Positions 19,470 through 29,562 of a stretch of 64,000 bases of DNA are shown here, piece by piece. How positions within the stretch are numbered: position 1 is the first letter of the stretch; each line of letters begins with the position of its first letter. The stretch comes from Candidatus Poribacteria bacterium. GTDB lineage: Bacteria > Poribacteria > WGA-4E > WGA-3G. The DNA is taken from the NCBI GenBank assembly GCA_965202725.1, contig OZ241845.1, positions 794,640 through 858,639 of the forward strand, written 5' to 3'. Below the pieces are notes generated by a model. It was not told the DNA's origin. It worked only from the letters and a program-made list of their open reading frames with translations, and did not search any database. A program made the position numbers and the translations under genes.

Positions 19470-19790
19470 ATGTTTGTTATCATCGCACCGATTCAGATTA
19501 AAGAAGGTCACAGAGAAGCGTTCATCGAATCCATGATAGCCGACGCGAAAGGCTCCGTTGAGAACGAACCGGGTTGTTTGAGATTCGATGTGATTCAAGA
19601 CGGTGCCGATTCGAATCGGATCTGGCTTTATGAGGTATATGTAGACGAAGCAGCATTCCAAGAGCATCTGAAAGCCCCACATTTCATCAAGTGGCGGGAT
19701 ACCGTCAAAGACTGGTTTGACGAGAGCGATTTTAAAGGGGCAGGCAGCGGAAGTTCCATAATTTATCCTCCAGAAGTCGACTGGAAATAG
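19470..19790 (+). CDS. antibiotic-biosynthesis-monooxygenase (ABM) domain protein
   Basis: About 106 aa. MFVIIAPIQIKEGHREAFIE...FQEHLKAPHF matches the ABM ferredoxin-like fold pattern. AGGAGGAG RBS upstream. The upstream extension of the listed ORF is probably non-coding. Confidence 0.55.
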   Translation: MFVIIAPIQIKEGHREAFIESMIADAKGSVENEPGCLRFDVIQDGADSNRIWLYEVYVDEAAFQEHLKAPHFIKWRDTVKDWFDESDFKGAGSGSSIIYPPEVDWK

Positions 19791-19851
19791 TCGATTTTGA
19801 TGGTTGATGCGCTGTCCATAGTTGCACCTTCTGTTAGGAGAGTTCACCAAC

Positions 19852-20460
19852 ATGATGCATTTCACGGATACACTTGTTAAAACGTACGAAAAGTACGCCC
19901 ATGAAAGAGCATCGCGCTCTCCTGACGAATTTAAGGGGAAAGAGCGATCAGAGTTTCTCAAATTATTGAAGGCTGAAGATCGGGAGACGCTACTTGAAAT
20001 TGGGTGTGGCCACGGTCGGGATGCCGAGTTTTTTCAATCGCAAGGGTTCAGAGTTTTGGCAGTGGACAATGCGCCAACGATGGCGAAACTCACTGCGGAA
20101 AAGGGAGTCCCTGCGCGAGTCTTGAATTGCTACGATCTTGACGAAATAAACGAGCGTTTTGACGCAGTCTATACCATGAATTGTCTCTTACACATACCGA
20201 AGCGGAATTTTGATCGGGTTTTGGGTTTAATTTCAGGGAGACTTAACGAAAACGGTTTAATGTATCTCGGTATTTGGGGGGACGAAGACTTTGAAGGTAT
20301 CTGGAAGCACGATATATATGAGCCGAAGCGGTTTTTCTCTTTCTGGAAAACAGAAGCACTGCTTGAAATCCTGCAACGATTGTTTAGATTAGAATATTAC
20401 CGGCGATTAGAGCCGTATGAAGGCAGGATTTTCAATTCCTTTATTGTTCGTAAACGATAA
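19852..20460 (+). CDS. class I SAM-dependent methyltransferase
   Basis: LEIGCGHGRDAEFF motif I and an acidic motif II (VLAVDNA). Confidence 0.55.
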   Translation: MMHFTDTLVKTYEKYAHERASRSPDEFKGKERSEFLKLLKAEDRETLLEIGCGHGRDAEFFQSQGFRVLAVDNAPTMAKLTAEKGVPARVLNCYDLDEINERFDAVYTMNCLLHIPKRNFDRVLGLISGRLNENGLMYLGIWGDEDFEGIWKHDIYEPKRFFSFWKTEALLEILQRLFRLEYYRRLEPYEGRIFNSFIVRKR

Positions 20461-20624
20461 CTTGATTGCTAAACACGAATGGAGGTGGAAATGATTTGAA
20501 GGTATCTTCAGACGGCATATCATCGTAAAGAGTTGGTATGCAATGTTAGATGGTGAATGGGCTGCTACTAAGAGGAACATGCAGATGTGTCTGTATTAGA
20601 ATCCAGACCGGCGGTTGTCCTTAA

Positions 20625-20805
20625 CGACACTCCATAGTGGTAGATGTTAAAACAATTCTGATATGATTTACGCATGTTACTCTAGCGACACTCCATAGTG
20701 GTAGATGTTAAAACAATTCTGATATGATTTACGCATGTTACTCTAGCGACACTCCATAGTGGTAGATGTTAAAACAATTCTGATATGCTTTACGCATGTT
20801 ACTCT
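20625..20805. repeat. tandem repeat, 61-bp unit x3 (CGACACTCCATAGTGGTAGATGTTAAAACAATTCTGATATGATTTACGCATGTTACTCTAG)
   Basis: Three head-to-tail copies with 1-2 mismatches, immediately followed by an A-motif-like sequence at 20806-20836. Confidence 0.85.
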
Positions 20806-20874
20806 TTTGTAGCATAACCTGTTAGGTTGTGCTACCCATATTTAACGGAAAAAACAATACGTCTTAGGTAATGT

Positions 20875-20965
20875 GAGCCTATTCTAGGTCTCATTTTACA
20901 GTGGACGGAAAGGTATGAAGCCTACATACTGCGGAAATGTCAGCCTATTCTAGGTCTCATTTTAC
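20875..20965. repeat. 25-bp direct repeat pair (xAGCCTATTCTAGGTCTCATTTTAC) 41 bp apart, overlapping the ggt stop codon
   Basis: Copies at 20875-20899 and 20941-20965. Confidence 0.7.
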
Positions 20966-22578
20966 CCCAATCCCGCCGCGTGCCTCCCTGTAGCTGGATC
21001 GCCAGCAGCATAGAACGTCTCGTTACCCTTATCTATATAGAGCATGACGGGTACTGCAATAGCACCGCTGTGCGCCCTGAGTTGATGTCCGCGATTGGTG
21101 AGTTCGTGCCGTACACTTTCGCTCACACTGTCATTAATCATCAACGAACCTGCTTGTCCAAATGTCTGCGGACGGTTAGGGTTGGGGTCAAACGAATCTT
21201 CATGATGCGAGGTGGCAAAGCGTGGGGCTGTGACTGCAGCTGCCGGTAGCATGTCAAACTCAATAAAGTCAAGTAGTACATTCATCGTCGCTTGGTCCTG
21301 GAGATCACCCCCCGCAACACTGATTGCCAAGATCGGGGATCCACCTTTAAGTACCAGCGTAGGTGTAAGCGTAATTCTCGGGCGCTTTCCGGGCTGGATA
21401 CAGTTCGGGTGCCCTGGCGTTGTATTGAGACTCCTTAAGCGGTTACCATAGCTGACACCTGTCGGACCGACCATGCCTCCAGCATGATAGACGTTGGCAC
21501 TCGGCGTAGCAGCGACGACGTTTCCCCATCGGTCAGCAACCACGCAGGTCGTTGTTCCCCCTACACCGGGTCTGAACAGGCCCTCCGCTTTTAGCGGTTT
21601 CATGTTCGCTACATCTCCCGGTCTCGCTTCGTGCGATGCTGTGTCCATATCAATTAAAGGTCGACGGATGTCAGTATAGGCATCCGACAGAAGACCAGAC
21701 AATGGGACATCCACGAATTCTGGGTCACCGTAGTAGGCATCACGATCAGCCATCGCCAGCTTAAGTGCTTCTGTAACCACGTGCACATAGTCTGCTGAGC
21801 AGTGTCCCATCGCTTTGAGGTCGAAGCCTTCCAATAACCGTAGTGCCTGACAGAGATAGGGGCCTTGGGTCCACGGACCGCACTTGTACACCGTATACCC
21901 TTGATATTCTACTGATACGGGCTCTTCAACGAGCGTAACGTGCGCAGCGAGGTCTCTTTTACGAAGGAAGCCTCCCTTTTCAATGTAAAAACCTTCCAAA
22001 GCATCGGCAATGTCGGTATTAACGCCGTTCCGTCCATAGAACCGATTGCTTGCTGCTTGCACCTTTTCCTCGCGACTCCCAGGGGTTTTTCGTTCTTCTT
22101 CGACCATCCGACGGAGGGTAACCCCCAATTTGGCGTGCCAATCCGCGCCACCCGCATCCAGAAGCGCCAGTGTAGGCCCCACGATGTCCTCAAATGTTTT
22201 TGTCCCATATAATTTGAGTGTTGTCGTGCAGAGGTCCACAACCGACGGCACAGGTGCCATTTTGATGTCGCCGTTCGGAATTCCGTTTTCCATGTACCAA
22301 TTGACAGCATCTTGTGAAAGGGGTGCACGTCCTTGGCCAGAGAGCGATTTTACTTCTTGTTTTTCTGCGTCATAGATAAGGAAAGGCACCTCACCGCCAA
22401 TAGAGCATTCCCCGTGATCTGTAACGTTAAGTGCAAGAATTATTCCCGCTGCTGCATCCGCCGCGTTGCCACCTGCCTCCAGAATCTTAAGCCCGGCGTC
22501 GACAGCCTCGGCACCACCAGCTGCAACGACTCCTGTTTTACTAACTGCGTTCCAACCAATTTCTTGCGTATGTGACAT
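20962..22578 (-). CDS. ggt: gamma-glutamyltranspeptidase family protein (Ntn hydrolase), no signal peptide
   Basis: Catalytic GGTTTCVV threonine motif and the GGGDLQDQA region. 538 aa. Confidence 0.7.
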   Translation of the reverse strand: MSHTQEIGWNAVSKTGVVAAGGAEAVDAGLKILEAGGNAADAAAGIILALNVTDHGECSIGGEVPFLIYDAEKQEVKSLSGQGRAPLSQDAVNWYMENGIPNGDIKMAPVPSVVDLCTTTLKLYGTKTFEDIVGPTLALLDAGGADWHAKLGVTLRRMVEEERKTPGSREEKVQAASNRFYGRNGVNTDIADALEGFYIEKGGFLRKRDLAAHVTLVEEPVSVEYQGYTVYKCGPWTQGPYLCQALRLLEGFDLKAMGHCSADYVHVVTEALKLAMADRDAYYGDPEFVDVPLSGLLSDAYTDIRRPLIDMDTASHEARPGDVANMKPLKAEGLFRPGVGGTTTCVVADRWGNVVAATPSANVYHAGGMVGPTGVSYGNRLRSLNTTPGHPNCIQPGKRPRITLTPTLVLKGGSPILAISVAGGDLQDQATMNVLLDFIEFDMLPAAAVTAPRFATSHHEDSFDPNPNRPQTFGQAGSLMINDSVSESVRHELTNRGHQLRAHSGAIAVPVMLYIDKGNETFYAAGDPATGRHAAGLG

Positions 22579-23081
22579 CGGTTTCCCTCGCCTCCATCAT
22601 CAGAAGTTGTTCTCATTTTTAATTTCGTTCTCCGCCTTAGAGCATAGCACAATATTTTATCTCATGCAACATTTAAAACAGTGCAAAATTTTTGACACGA
22701 AACTTCGTAAGTGCTAATCTATAGACAATACACTCATAGGACTTGACACGCACCGACGATCCGGTTTAAACTTTAACAGAAATTTAGAAGGCTTGCTGTG
22801 TGCGGATTGAAATGTTTAATGAAGTGCCGAGAATCACTAGGATGCTGTTTGCTTCTGTTGTGTTAGCAAATGAAATCCAGAACACATCACAAGGGTTGTT
22901 AACCCCTTTCCAGAGTGAACGGGCAAGAGAAGGCTCTGAGTTATTGTGGTAAATCAAGGCGTAGCCAAGGAACGATATAGACACTATCTGACTCTGGGCG
23001 CATATAGGCTCGCTGAAGCCTCATACGCTTACACCTCAGATTTTCTTTCTTTTGCGTTTCAAGACCCAAATTCTAAAAAAG

Positions 23082-23111
23082 TTGACATTCAGCAACACAT
23101 CGGGGTATAAT
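23082..23111 (+). promoter_or_regulatory. sigma70-like promoter (TTGACA, 18 bp, TATAAT) 7 bp upstream of the Rpn start; duplicated at 24288-24317
   Basis: Consensus -35 and -10 hexamers seen directly in the sequence. Confidence 0.5.
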
Positions 23112-23117
23112 CTGAAT

Positions 23118-24071
23118 ATGGAAGATAGCTTAAACCAACGTTCTGACGAATTACCACACAACCGATACGATATCGTCAGCAAACATATCTTTGGAACGTT
23201 CACCGAAGAATTATTGCGGGCCCTGACCAAAATCCCAGGGCTGAAGTTCCTTGAGCAGCTTGAGACTGAACTTCCCACCGTTGAGATACGCCGTATGGAC
23301 GTTTTGGCGAAGACGCTTGTTGAGGCACAAGAGGTTTTAGTGCATGTTGAATTCCAAGTCAGCAGGGAGGCGCGGGCGGAGATACTCCAACGCAAGGTTG
23401 GCTATTTCGGGCGATGCTTTGAAAGATATGGCTTGCCGATTTTGTCTTACACTATCTATCTGAGCCCGGATGCGGGTCAGAATGACCCCGGCGGGTATAG
23501 TCAAATGTTTCCCGGACACAAGGTTGAGATAGAGTATCAAGTGATCCGGCTCAGTGAACTTGAAGACCAGTCTATTTTTGAGACGGGGCAGACTTCCTTG
23601 ATGGCATTTGCGCCCTTGATGCGTCCGCGAACGGGGGTATCCGCGGTTGAATGGGTTGAGGAATGTCATCAAATCACGGGTGCACTGTCGTTGGAACCAG
23701 AGCTTCGGAAAGATTTATTACTATGGCAATGGGTTTTGAGCGGTTTAATCGTTGACCCTGCCGACATCCAGCATCTGATGGAGGGACCCATGTTAGAATC
23801 ATCCACTTACCGATATATCCTACAACAAGGCATAGAACAAGGCATAGAACAAGGCATAGAACAAGGCATAGAACAAGGCAAAAAACAGTACGCAGTTGAA
23901 GCAATTCTCACGGTGTTAGAGATACGATTCCAAACAGATGTTGCAGAAAAGCTAAAACCTTTTCTCGGTGCTATTGACGATCTACAACGTCTGGATCAGC
24001 TACACCGAGTCGCCGCACAAGCATCAAGCATTGATGCCTTTACACATGCCCTCTTGAACCTTGAAAATTGA
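23118..24071 (+). CDS. Rpn-family (YhgA-like) PD-(D/E)xK recombination-promoting nuclease / putative transposase, with C-terminal (QGIE)4 repeat
   Basis: DIVSKHIF...RRMDVL...VHVEFQ...PILSYTIYL matches the Rpn nuclease core. Four tandem 12-bp units GGCATAGAACAA. Confidence 0.6.
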   Translation: MEDSLNQRSDELPHNRYDIVSKHIFGTFTEELLRALTKIPGLKFLEQLETELPTVEIRRMDVLAKTLVEAQEVLVHVEFQVSREARAEILQRKVGYFGRCFERYGLPILSYTIYLSPDAGQNDPGGYSQMFPGHKVEIEYQVIRLSELEDQSIFETGQTSLMAFAPLMRPRTGVSAVEWVEECHQITGALSLEPELRKDLLLWQWVLSGLIVDPADIQHLMEGPMLESSTYRYILQQGIEQGIEQGIEQGIEQGKKQYAVEAILTVLEIRFQTDVAEKLKPFLGAIDDLQRLDQLHRVAAQASSIDAFTHALLNLEN

Positions 24072-24323
24072 AAAGTTCGAAGACGAATATATCTCACACC
24101 TGACAGAGAGATACCCTAAATTGTGCGATGAAAATTCCGAGCATCCTTTTCAGAGCCCCTTGGAATAGACAGAAGAAGAGTGGAAACAATTTGTCGATCG
24201 GCTTAGCGTATAGGCTCGCTGAAGCCTCATACGCTTACACCTCAGATTTTCTTTCTTTTGCGTTTCAAGACCCAAATTCTAAAAAAGTTGACATTCAGCA
24301 ACACATCGGGGTATAATCTGAAT

Positions 24324-25313
24324 ATGGAAGATAGCTTAAACTAACGTTCTGACGAATTACCACACAACCGATACGATATCGTCAGCAAACATATCTTTGG
24401 AACGTTCACCGAAGAATTATTGCGGGCCCTGACCAAAATCCCAGGGCTGAAGTTCCTTGAGCAGCTTGAGACTGAACTTCCCACCGTTGAGATACGCCGT
24501 ATGGACGTTTTGGCGAAGACGCTTGTTGAGGCACAAGAGGTTTTAGTGCATGTTGAATTCCAAGTCAGCAGGGAGGCGCGGGCGGAGATACTCCAACGCA
24601 AGGTTGGCTATTTCGGGCGATGCTTTGAAAGATATGGCTTGCCGATTTTGTCTTACACTATCTATCTGAGCCCGGATGCGGGTCAGAATGACCCCGGCGG
24701 GTATAGTCAAATGTTTCCCGGACACAAGGTTGAGATAGAGTATCAAGTGATCCGGCTCAGTGAACTTGAAGACCAGTCTATTTTTGAGACGGGGCAGACT
24801 TCCTTGATGGCATTTGCGCCCTTGATGCGTCCGCGAACGGGGGTATCCGCGGTTGAATGGGTTGAGGAATGTCATCAAATCACGGGTGCACTGTCGTTGG
24901 AACCAGAGCTTCGGAAAGATTTATTACTATGGCAATGGGTTTTGAGCGGTTTAATCGTTGACCCTGCCGACATCCAGCATCTGATGGAGGGACCCATGTT
25001 AGAATCATCCACTTACCGATATATCCTACAACAAGGCATAGAACAAGGCATAGAACAAGGCATAGAACAAGGCATAGAACAAGGCATAGAACAAGGCATA
25101 GAACAAGGCATAGAACAAGGCAAAAAACAGTACGCAGTTGAAGCAATTCTCACGGTGTTAGAGATACGATTCCAAATAGATGTTGCAGAAAAGCTAAAGC
25201 CTTTTCTCGGTGCCATTGATGATCTCCAACGTCTGGATCAGCTACACCGAGTCGCCACACAAGCATCAAGCATTGATGCCTTTACACACGCCCTCTTGAA
25301 CCTTGAAAACTGA
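24324..25313 (+). pseudogene. second Rpn-family copy, disrupted by a nonsense codon at codon 7 (MEDSLN*), (QGIE)7 repeat
   Basis: Same promoter and ATG as copy 1. TAA at 24342-24344. The listed ORF restarts at an internal TTG at 24420. Confidence 0.55.
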
Positions 25314-25369
25314 AAAATTGGAAGACCAATATATCCCACACCTGACAGAGAGATACCCTAAATTGTGCG

Positions 25370-25960
25370 ATGAAAATTCCGAGCATCCATATCATCGGCA
25401 ATCCGCCGCAGGCGGGAACGTATCTTTTGTGGATTCGTCTCAAAGAAGATGCGGTAGTACAATTCGGGCGGTTCAAGAATGGGAAACGTATTTCGCTACC
25501 TGCTGGTAATTATAGCTATGTAGGTTCTGCGCTTTCGGAAAAAGGGGCAACCTCACTCGCTCGACGGCTTATCAGACACACAACTCGGAGTGGTAATAAA
25601 CCGCCACACGCTATCCGGGAAGAAATGATCACTCGGTTCGCAGAATGTGGTTTGGGCCCCCCGGATCTACTACCGAAACACGGTAAAACTTTGCACTGGA
25701 ACGTCGATTTTCTGTTGGATCTACAATCGGCGGAGATCGTAAATATCCTTGCTATCCGTTCTCCTGAGCGTTTAGAAAATAGAATTGCCAAGCGGCTTGA
25801 ACAGGATCCGCGGACAGAAATTATCGAATCAGGGTTAGGAGCCAATGATGCCCCCGGTAGCACACATCTGTTACGCCTCCGATCACATAAAATATCGTGG
25901 GCATCTGTAGTGATGATTATCAGAGAAAAAGTCCTAAATCAAATTATGTACTACGAATAG
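25370..25960 (+). CDS. DUF123 / Uri-superfamily (GIY-YIG-like) putative endonuclease
   Basis: GTYLLWIRL...YSYVGSA...HWNVDFLL resembles the DUF123 pattern. The start codon lies inside the 3' tail of the duplicated unit. Confidence 0.4.
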   Translation: MKIPSIHIIGNPPQAGTYLLWIRLKEDAVVQFGRFKNGKRISLPAGNYSYVGSALSEKGATSLARRLIRHTTRSGNKPPHAIREEMITRFAECGLGPPDLLPKHGKTLHWNVDFLLDLQSAEIVNILAIRSPERLENRIAKRLEQDPRTEIIESGLGANDAPGSTHLLRLRSHKISWASVVMIIREKVLNQIMYYE

Positions 25961-25968
25961 AGGCAGCT

Positions 25969-27081
25969 ATGCACGATCCACGACTTGATAAACTCGCAAA
26001 CGTTCTCACAACCCACTCCACCAAGATCCAACCCGACGAATTTGTACTCATCGAAGGCCTTGACATTCCACAGGAAATGGTCATTGCCCTCATCCGTGCT
26101 GTGCGAAAAGCTGGGGGGATTCCGCTTGTCGAACTCAAACAGAATCGTATCCAACGTGAAATCATTCTCGGCGGAGATGATGCTGGCATCCAATTGATGG
26201 GTGAATGCGAAATATATCGTATAGAAAACGTACAAGCGTATATCGGCATACGCGGCAGCCATAACATCTCAGAAATGGCTGACGTGCCAATGGAAGCACT
26301 GCAACGCTATCAAAGGTATTGGCTGAAACCTCTCAATGATATCCGCGTGCCGAAGACGAAGTGGGTTGTCCTGAGATGGCCCTATCCAGCGATGGCACAG
26401 CAGGCGCAGATGAGTACTGAGGCGTTCGAGGATTACTATTTCAACGTCTGCACACTTGACTACAGCCGGATGGAGCAAGCGATAGTTCCGCTCAAGTCCT
26501 TAATGGAAGAAACGGATGAGGTCCGCATCGTCGGTGAGAGAACCGATCTGCGGTTCAGCATCAAGGACATTCCGATTATCCCTTGTGCTGGCGAGAAGAA
26601 TATCCCCGATGGTGAATGCTTCACGGCTCCCGTTCGAGATTCAGTCAACGGCACGATCCATTTCAACACCCCTACAATCTATCAAGGGACAACCTTTACT
26701 GACATCCAACTCCGCTTCAAGAACGGCAAAATCGTCGAAGCATCCGCGAATAACACTGAAAGACTCAAGGCCATTCTTGATACCGATGAAGGCGCACGCT
26801 ATATCGGGGAGTTTGCTATTGCGTTTAACCCTTACATCACAAATCCGATGCTCGACATTCTCTTTGATGAAAAGATCACTGGATCTTTCCATTTCACTCC
26901 CGGGCAGGCTTACGAGGAAGCGGATAACGGTGTCCGTTCTGCTGTCCATTGGGATATGGTGATGATCCAAACTCCGGAATATGGGGGGGGCGAAATGTCC
27001 TTTGATGGAAACTTGATTCGCAAGGATGGCAGGTTTGTCCACCCCGCATTGGAAGCATTGAATCCGGAGAATTTGATATGA
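25969..27081 (+). CDS. M29-family aminopeptidase (AmpS/PepS-like)
   Basis: About 370 aa. GEFAIAFNPYI...GSFHFTPGQAY...VHWDMV matches the thermophilic aminopeptidase family. Start placed at MHDPRLDKL. The listed ORF extends further upstream. Confidence 0.65.
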   Translation: MHDPRLDKLANVLTTHSTKIQPDEFVLIEGLDIPQEMVIALIRAVRKAGGIPLVELKQNRIQREIILGGDDAGIQLMGECEIYRIENVQAYIGIRGSHNISEMADVPMEALQRYQRYWLKPLNDIRVPKTKWVVLRWPYPAMAQQAQMSTEAFEDYYFNVCTLDYSRMEQAIVPLKSLMEETDEVRIVGERTDLRFSIKDIPIIPCAGEKNIPDGECFTAPVRDSVNGTIHFNTPTIYQGTTFTDIQLRFKNGKIVEASANNTERLKAILDTDEGARYIGEFAIAFNPYITNPMLDILFDEKITGSFHFTPGQAYEEADNGVRSAVHWDMVMIQTPEYGGGEMSFDGNLIRKDGRFVHPALEALNPENLI

Positions 27082-27563
27082 GTAGAAAACAACACCCCGT
27101 ATATGGCGACCCACAACGATTTGAAGTCGTCGCAGAGTTTATCGCCTCACGCTACGGCAATACGGTTCAGTCCGTTGCTGATGTTGCAGGGGGAAAAGGC
27201 GTATTGACGCGACTCCTGAAAAAAAAGAAGAACTTTGAATGTGAACTCATTGATCCTCGCCGCACCGTACTCAAAGGTATTGAGCATCGACCTGAACAAT
27301 TTGATCCTGATATGGCGGATTATTATGACCTGTTAGTCGGACTCCATCCCGATGGTGCGTTGCGGCAATTGGGCGAGGCAGCACTCATTCGTCCCGCTGT
27401 CATAATTCCGTGCTGCAACTTCTGGGATGAACACCGGCGCGGGCAATATGAATTGCTAACGGCAATTGAGGTCTTCTATCGCCGACACTCCGTCCGGTTT
27501 GAACGGATTGGACTTGGCTTCAAGGGACCGAAGAACATCGCTATCGTATCTGAACCCGCTTGA
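27078..27563 (+). CDS. small hypothetical protein with Rossmann/SAM-MTase-like glycine motif
   Basis: Translationally coupled (ATGA overlap) to the aminopeptidase gene. VADVAGGKGVLTRLL then ELIDPR. Confidence 0.3.
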   Translation: MSRKQHPVYGDPQRFEVVAEFIASRYGNTVQSVADVAGGKGVLTRLLKKKKNFECELIDPRRTVLKGIEHRPEQFDPDMADYYDLLVGLHPDGALRQLGEAALIRPAVIIPCCNFWDEHRRGQYELLTAIEVFYRRHSVRFERIGLGFKGPKNIAIVSEPA

Positions 27564-27940
27564 ATCCTAAGGCAGTTACCGTCTCCCATGTACTTGTAAC
27601 CACAATACAGTTTATGAGAAAATGGATTTTCACAGCAATCGGAATGAGTCTCTCGTTCACATTGGGTTACCTCTTTCTTGGAGGCAGCCGTTATAGCCAA
27701 TTGATCGGTTTCTTCGGGTATCTGAGCGTTGCCTGTACGATACTCCCGTTGCCCACACCACCGTATGTCATCGCGCTCGGAAAGGTCGTTGATCCGATCA
27801 TCGTGGCTCTCGCGGGAGCAGTAGGGAATTGCATTGCCGCCTTTGTAGAATATCGCTTACTGCTTTGGTTTTTTTCAAAAACTGAACTTCAGCATCGCTT
27901 TGAAACCAGTCGCGTCTTCCAACAGTTTTCCTACCATTAA
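27560..27940 (+). CDS. small integral membrane protein (3-4 TM helices)
   Basis: TTGA overlap with the upstream gene. An alternative ATG lies at 27614 (MRKWIFTAIGMSL). Hydrophobic throughout. Confidence 0.35.
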   Translation: MNPKAVTVSHVLVTTIQFMRKWIFTAIGMSLSFTLGYLFLGGSRYSQLIGFFGYLSVACTILPLPTPPYVIALGKVVDPIIVALAGAVGNCIAAFVEYRLLLWFFSKTELQHRFETSRVFQQFSYH

Positions 27941-28125
27941 TAAGGATGGGGGGGCAAGCACACAACAGAGATCTGAAAACTGAGTGCCTTTGTTGATTTC
28001 CCTATTGCTGTTTTCTTGCTCATCGACTATACTGACAAGCGTTTGGACAATTTTAATGTGTAGCATAGGAGACTGTTAACCTACGCCTCCATCTCTATAG
28101 GACTAAATACCCGAAAAGGAGTAAT

Positions 28126-29562
28126 ATGGCACGACAACCCAATATCCTCTTTCTCCTCACCGATCAACAACGTTATGATTCCCTCGGTTGCAATGGTGCA
28201 CCAGTTTGCCGAACACCTGCCGTTGACGAAATCGCTGCGACAGGTATACGATTTACAAACGCCTATACTCCAATCGCGCTCTGTTCACCCGCACGCGGGT
28301 CGCTCCTCACAGGACTTTATCCACACAACCACGGGCAGCTATCGAATATGGGGAACTTCAACGGTGTGTTTGCAAACCAAATTCTCGACAAACCGGCATA
28401 CCCGAAACTTTTGGCAGCCGTAGGCTATTGGGTGAGTTGTATCGGTAAGTGGCATCTCGCCAAAGAAGGCGACACGGCATTCTGGGGTTACGACAAGTGG
28501 CATCCGTATCGCGAGTGGCATCAATGGCTTCGGGATGATGGCATCGACTTCCGAATTGATAGAGATGCTGTTCAACCCTTTGAATGGGGAGACCGGGCAC
28601 CTTTCTATGGCAGACACCCACTTCCCGCAGAACGGACAATGGAGGCGTGGACGGCAGATAAAACGATCGAATTAATCGACGGTTATGCGGATGCTGAGCA
28701 ACCCTTTATGATTACCGCAAATTTCTTCGGACCGCATTTCCCGTATGTGGTGCCTGCACCTTACGACACAATGTACGATCCCGATAGCGTTGAACGATGG
28801 GGCAACTTTGATGAGCAGTTTATCAATAAACCGCTCATTCAGCAGAAAGAGATGCTTCGTTGGAATGCCAGTCACCTAACATGGTCTGATTGGCAGAAAG
28901 TCATCGCTGCTTATTGGGGCTACTGTACTTTCATTGATGATCAGATCCGACGAATCCTCGACCACCTCGAGGCAAGCAATTTGGCGAAAAATACGATTAT
29001 TATCTTTTCAACCGACCACGGCGATATGCTCGGCAGCCATCGGCTTTTCAACAAAGGTTTCCACATGTATGAGGAGACACACCACATTCCGCTCGTTATT
29101 CGCTGGCACGACGCAACATCGCCCGGGACGACGTGTGATCAATTTGTGAACCTCGTAGATCTCATGCCAACCTTTTTGGAACTCGGTGGCGCAGTAGGTC
29201 CTGATAACCTCGACGGTAGATCCATTGTGCCTTTGTTAAGCGGGGAGACTGTTGAAAACTGGCCCGATGATGTGTTCGCCGAATTTCACGGTTACGAGCC
29301 GACCCTCGCTACCGTCAGAATGGTGCGGACGGATTCTTGGAAGTACGTCTACAACCCTTATAGCGAAGACGAACTCTACGACATGAAAAGTGACCCGCAC
29401 GAACTCTATAACTTAGCGAATCACCTCGGTTACAAGCATGTCCTCCGTCGCATGAAGGCACGTATGGTCAATCGCCTGCGTGAAACGAGAGATAATATCG
29501 TTATGCAAGGCGGGTGGCAAAGCAATTCGTTTGACTTGATCGTTTCAGATCGGGAACGGTAG
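28126..29562 (+). CDS. formylglycine-dependent sulfatase (arylsulfatase family), no signal peptide
   Basis: LLTDQQRYD metal site. CSPARGSLLTG is the C-x-P-x-R formylglycine motif. GKWH motif. 478 aa. Confidence 0.8.
   Translation: MARQPNILFLLTDQQRYDSLGCNGAPVCRTPAVDEIAATGIRFTNAYTPIALCSPARGSLLTGLYPHNHGQLSNMGNFNGVFANQILDKPAYPKLLAAVGYWVSCIGKWHLAKEGDTAFWGYDKWHPYREWHQWLRDDGIDFRIDRDAVQPFEWGDRAPFYGRHPLPAERTMEAWTADKTIELIDGYADAEQPFMITANFFGPHFPYVVPAPYDTMYDPDSVERWGNFDEQFINKPLIQQKEMLRWNASHLTWSDWQKVIAAYWGYCTFIDDQIRRILDHLEASNLAKNTIIIFSTDHGDMLGSHRLFNKGFHMYEETHHIPLVIRWHDATSPGTTCDQFVNLVDLMPTFLELGGAVGPDNLDGRSIVPLLSGETVENWPDDVFAEFHGYEPTLATVRMVRTDSWKYVYNPYSEDELYDMKSDPHELYNLANHLGYKHVLRRMKARMVNRLRETRDNIVMQGGWQSNSFDLIVSDRER

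Larger units (their letters stand above)
23001..25388. repeat. recent tandem duplication (~1.15-kb unit x2, separated by a 59-bp spacer) carrying the promoter and the Rpn gene
   Basis: 23001-24147 and 24207-25388 are more than 97% identical. Copy 2 carries 3 extra 12-bp repeat units and a CAA to TAA change. Confidence 0.85.

Noticed and set aside
24880-25216. Minus-strand ORFs encoding (CLVL)n and (CSMP)n peptides
   Set aside because: They are reverse-frame readings of the 12-bp VNTR within the Rpn gene.
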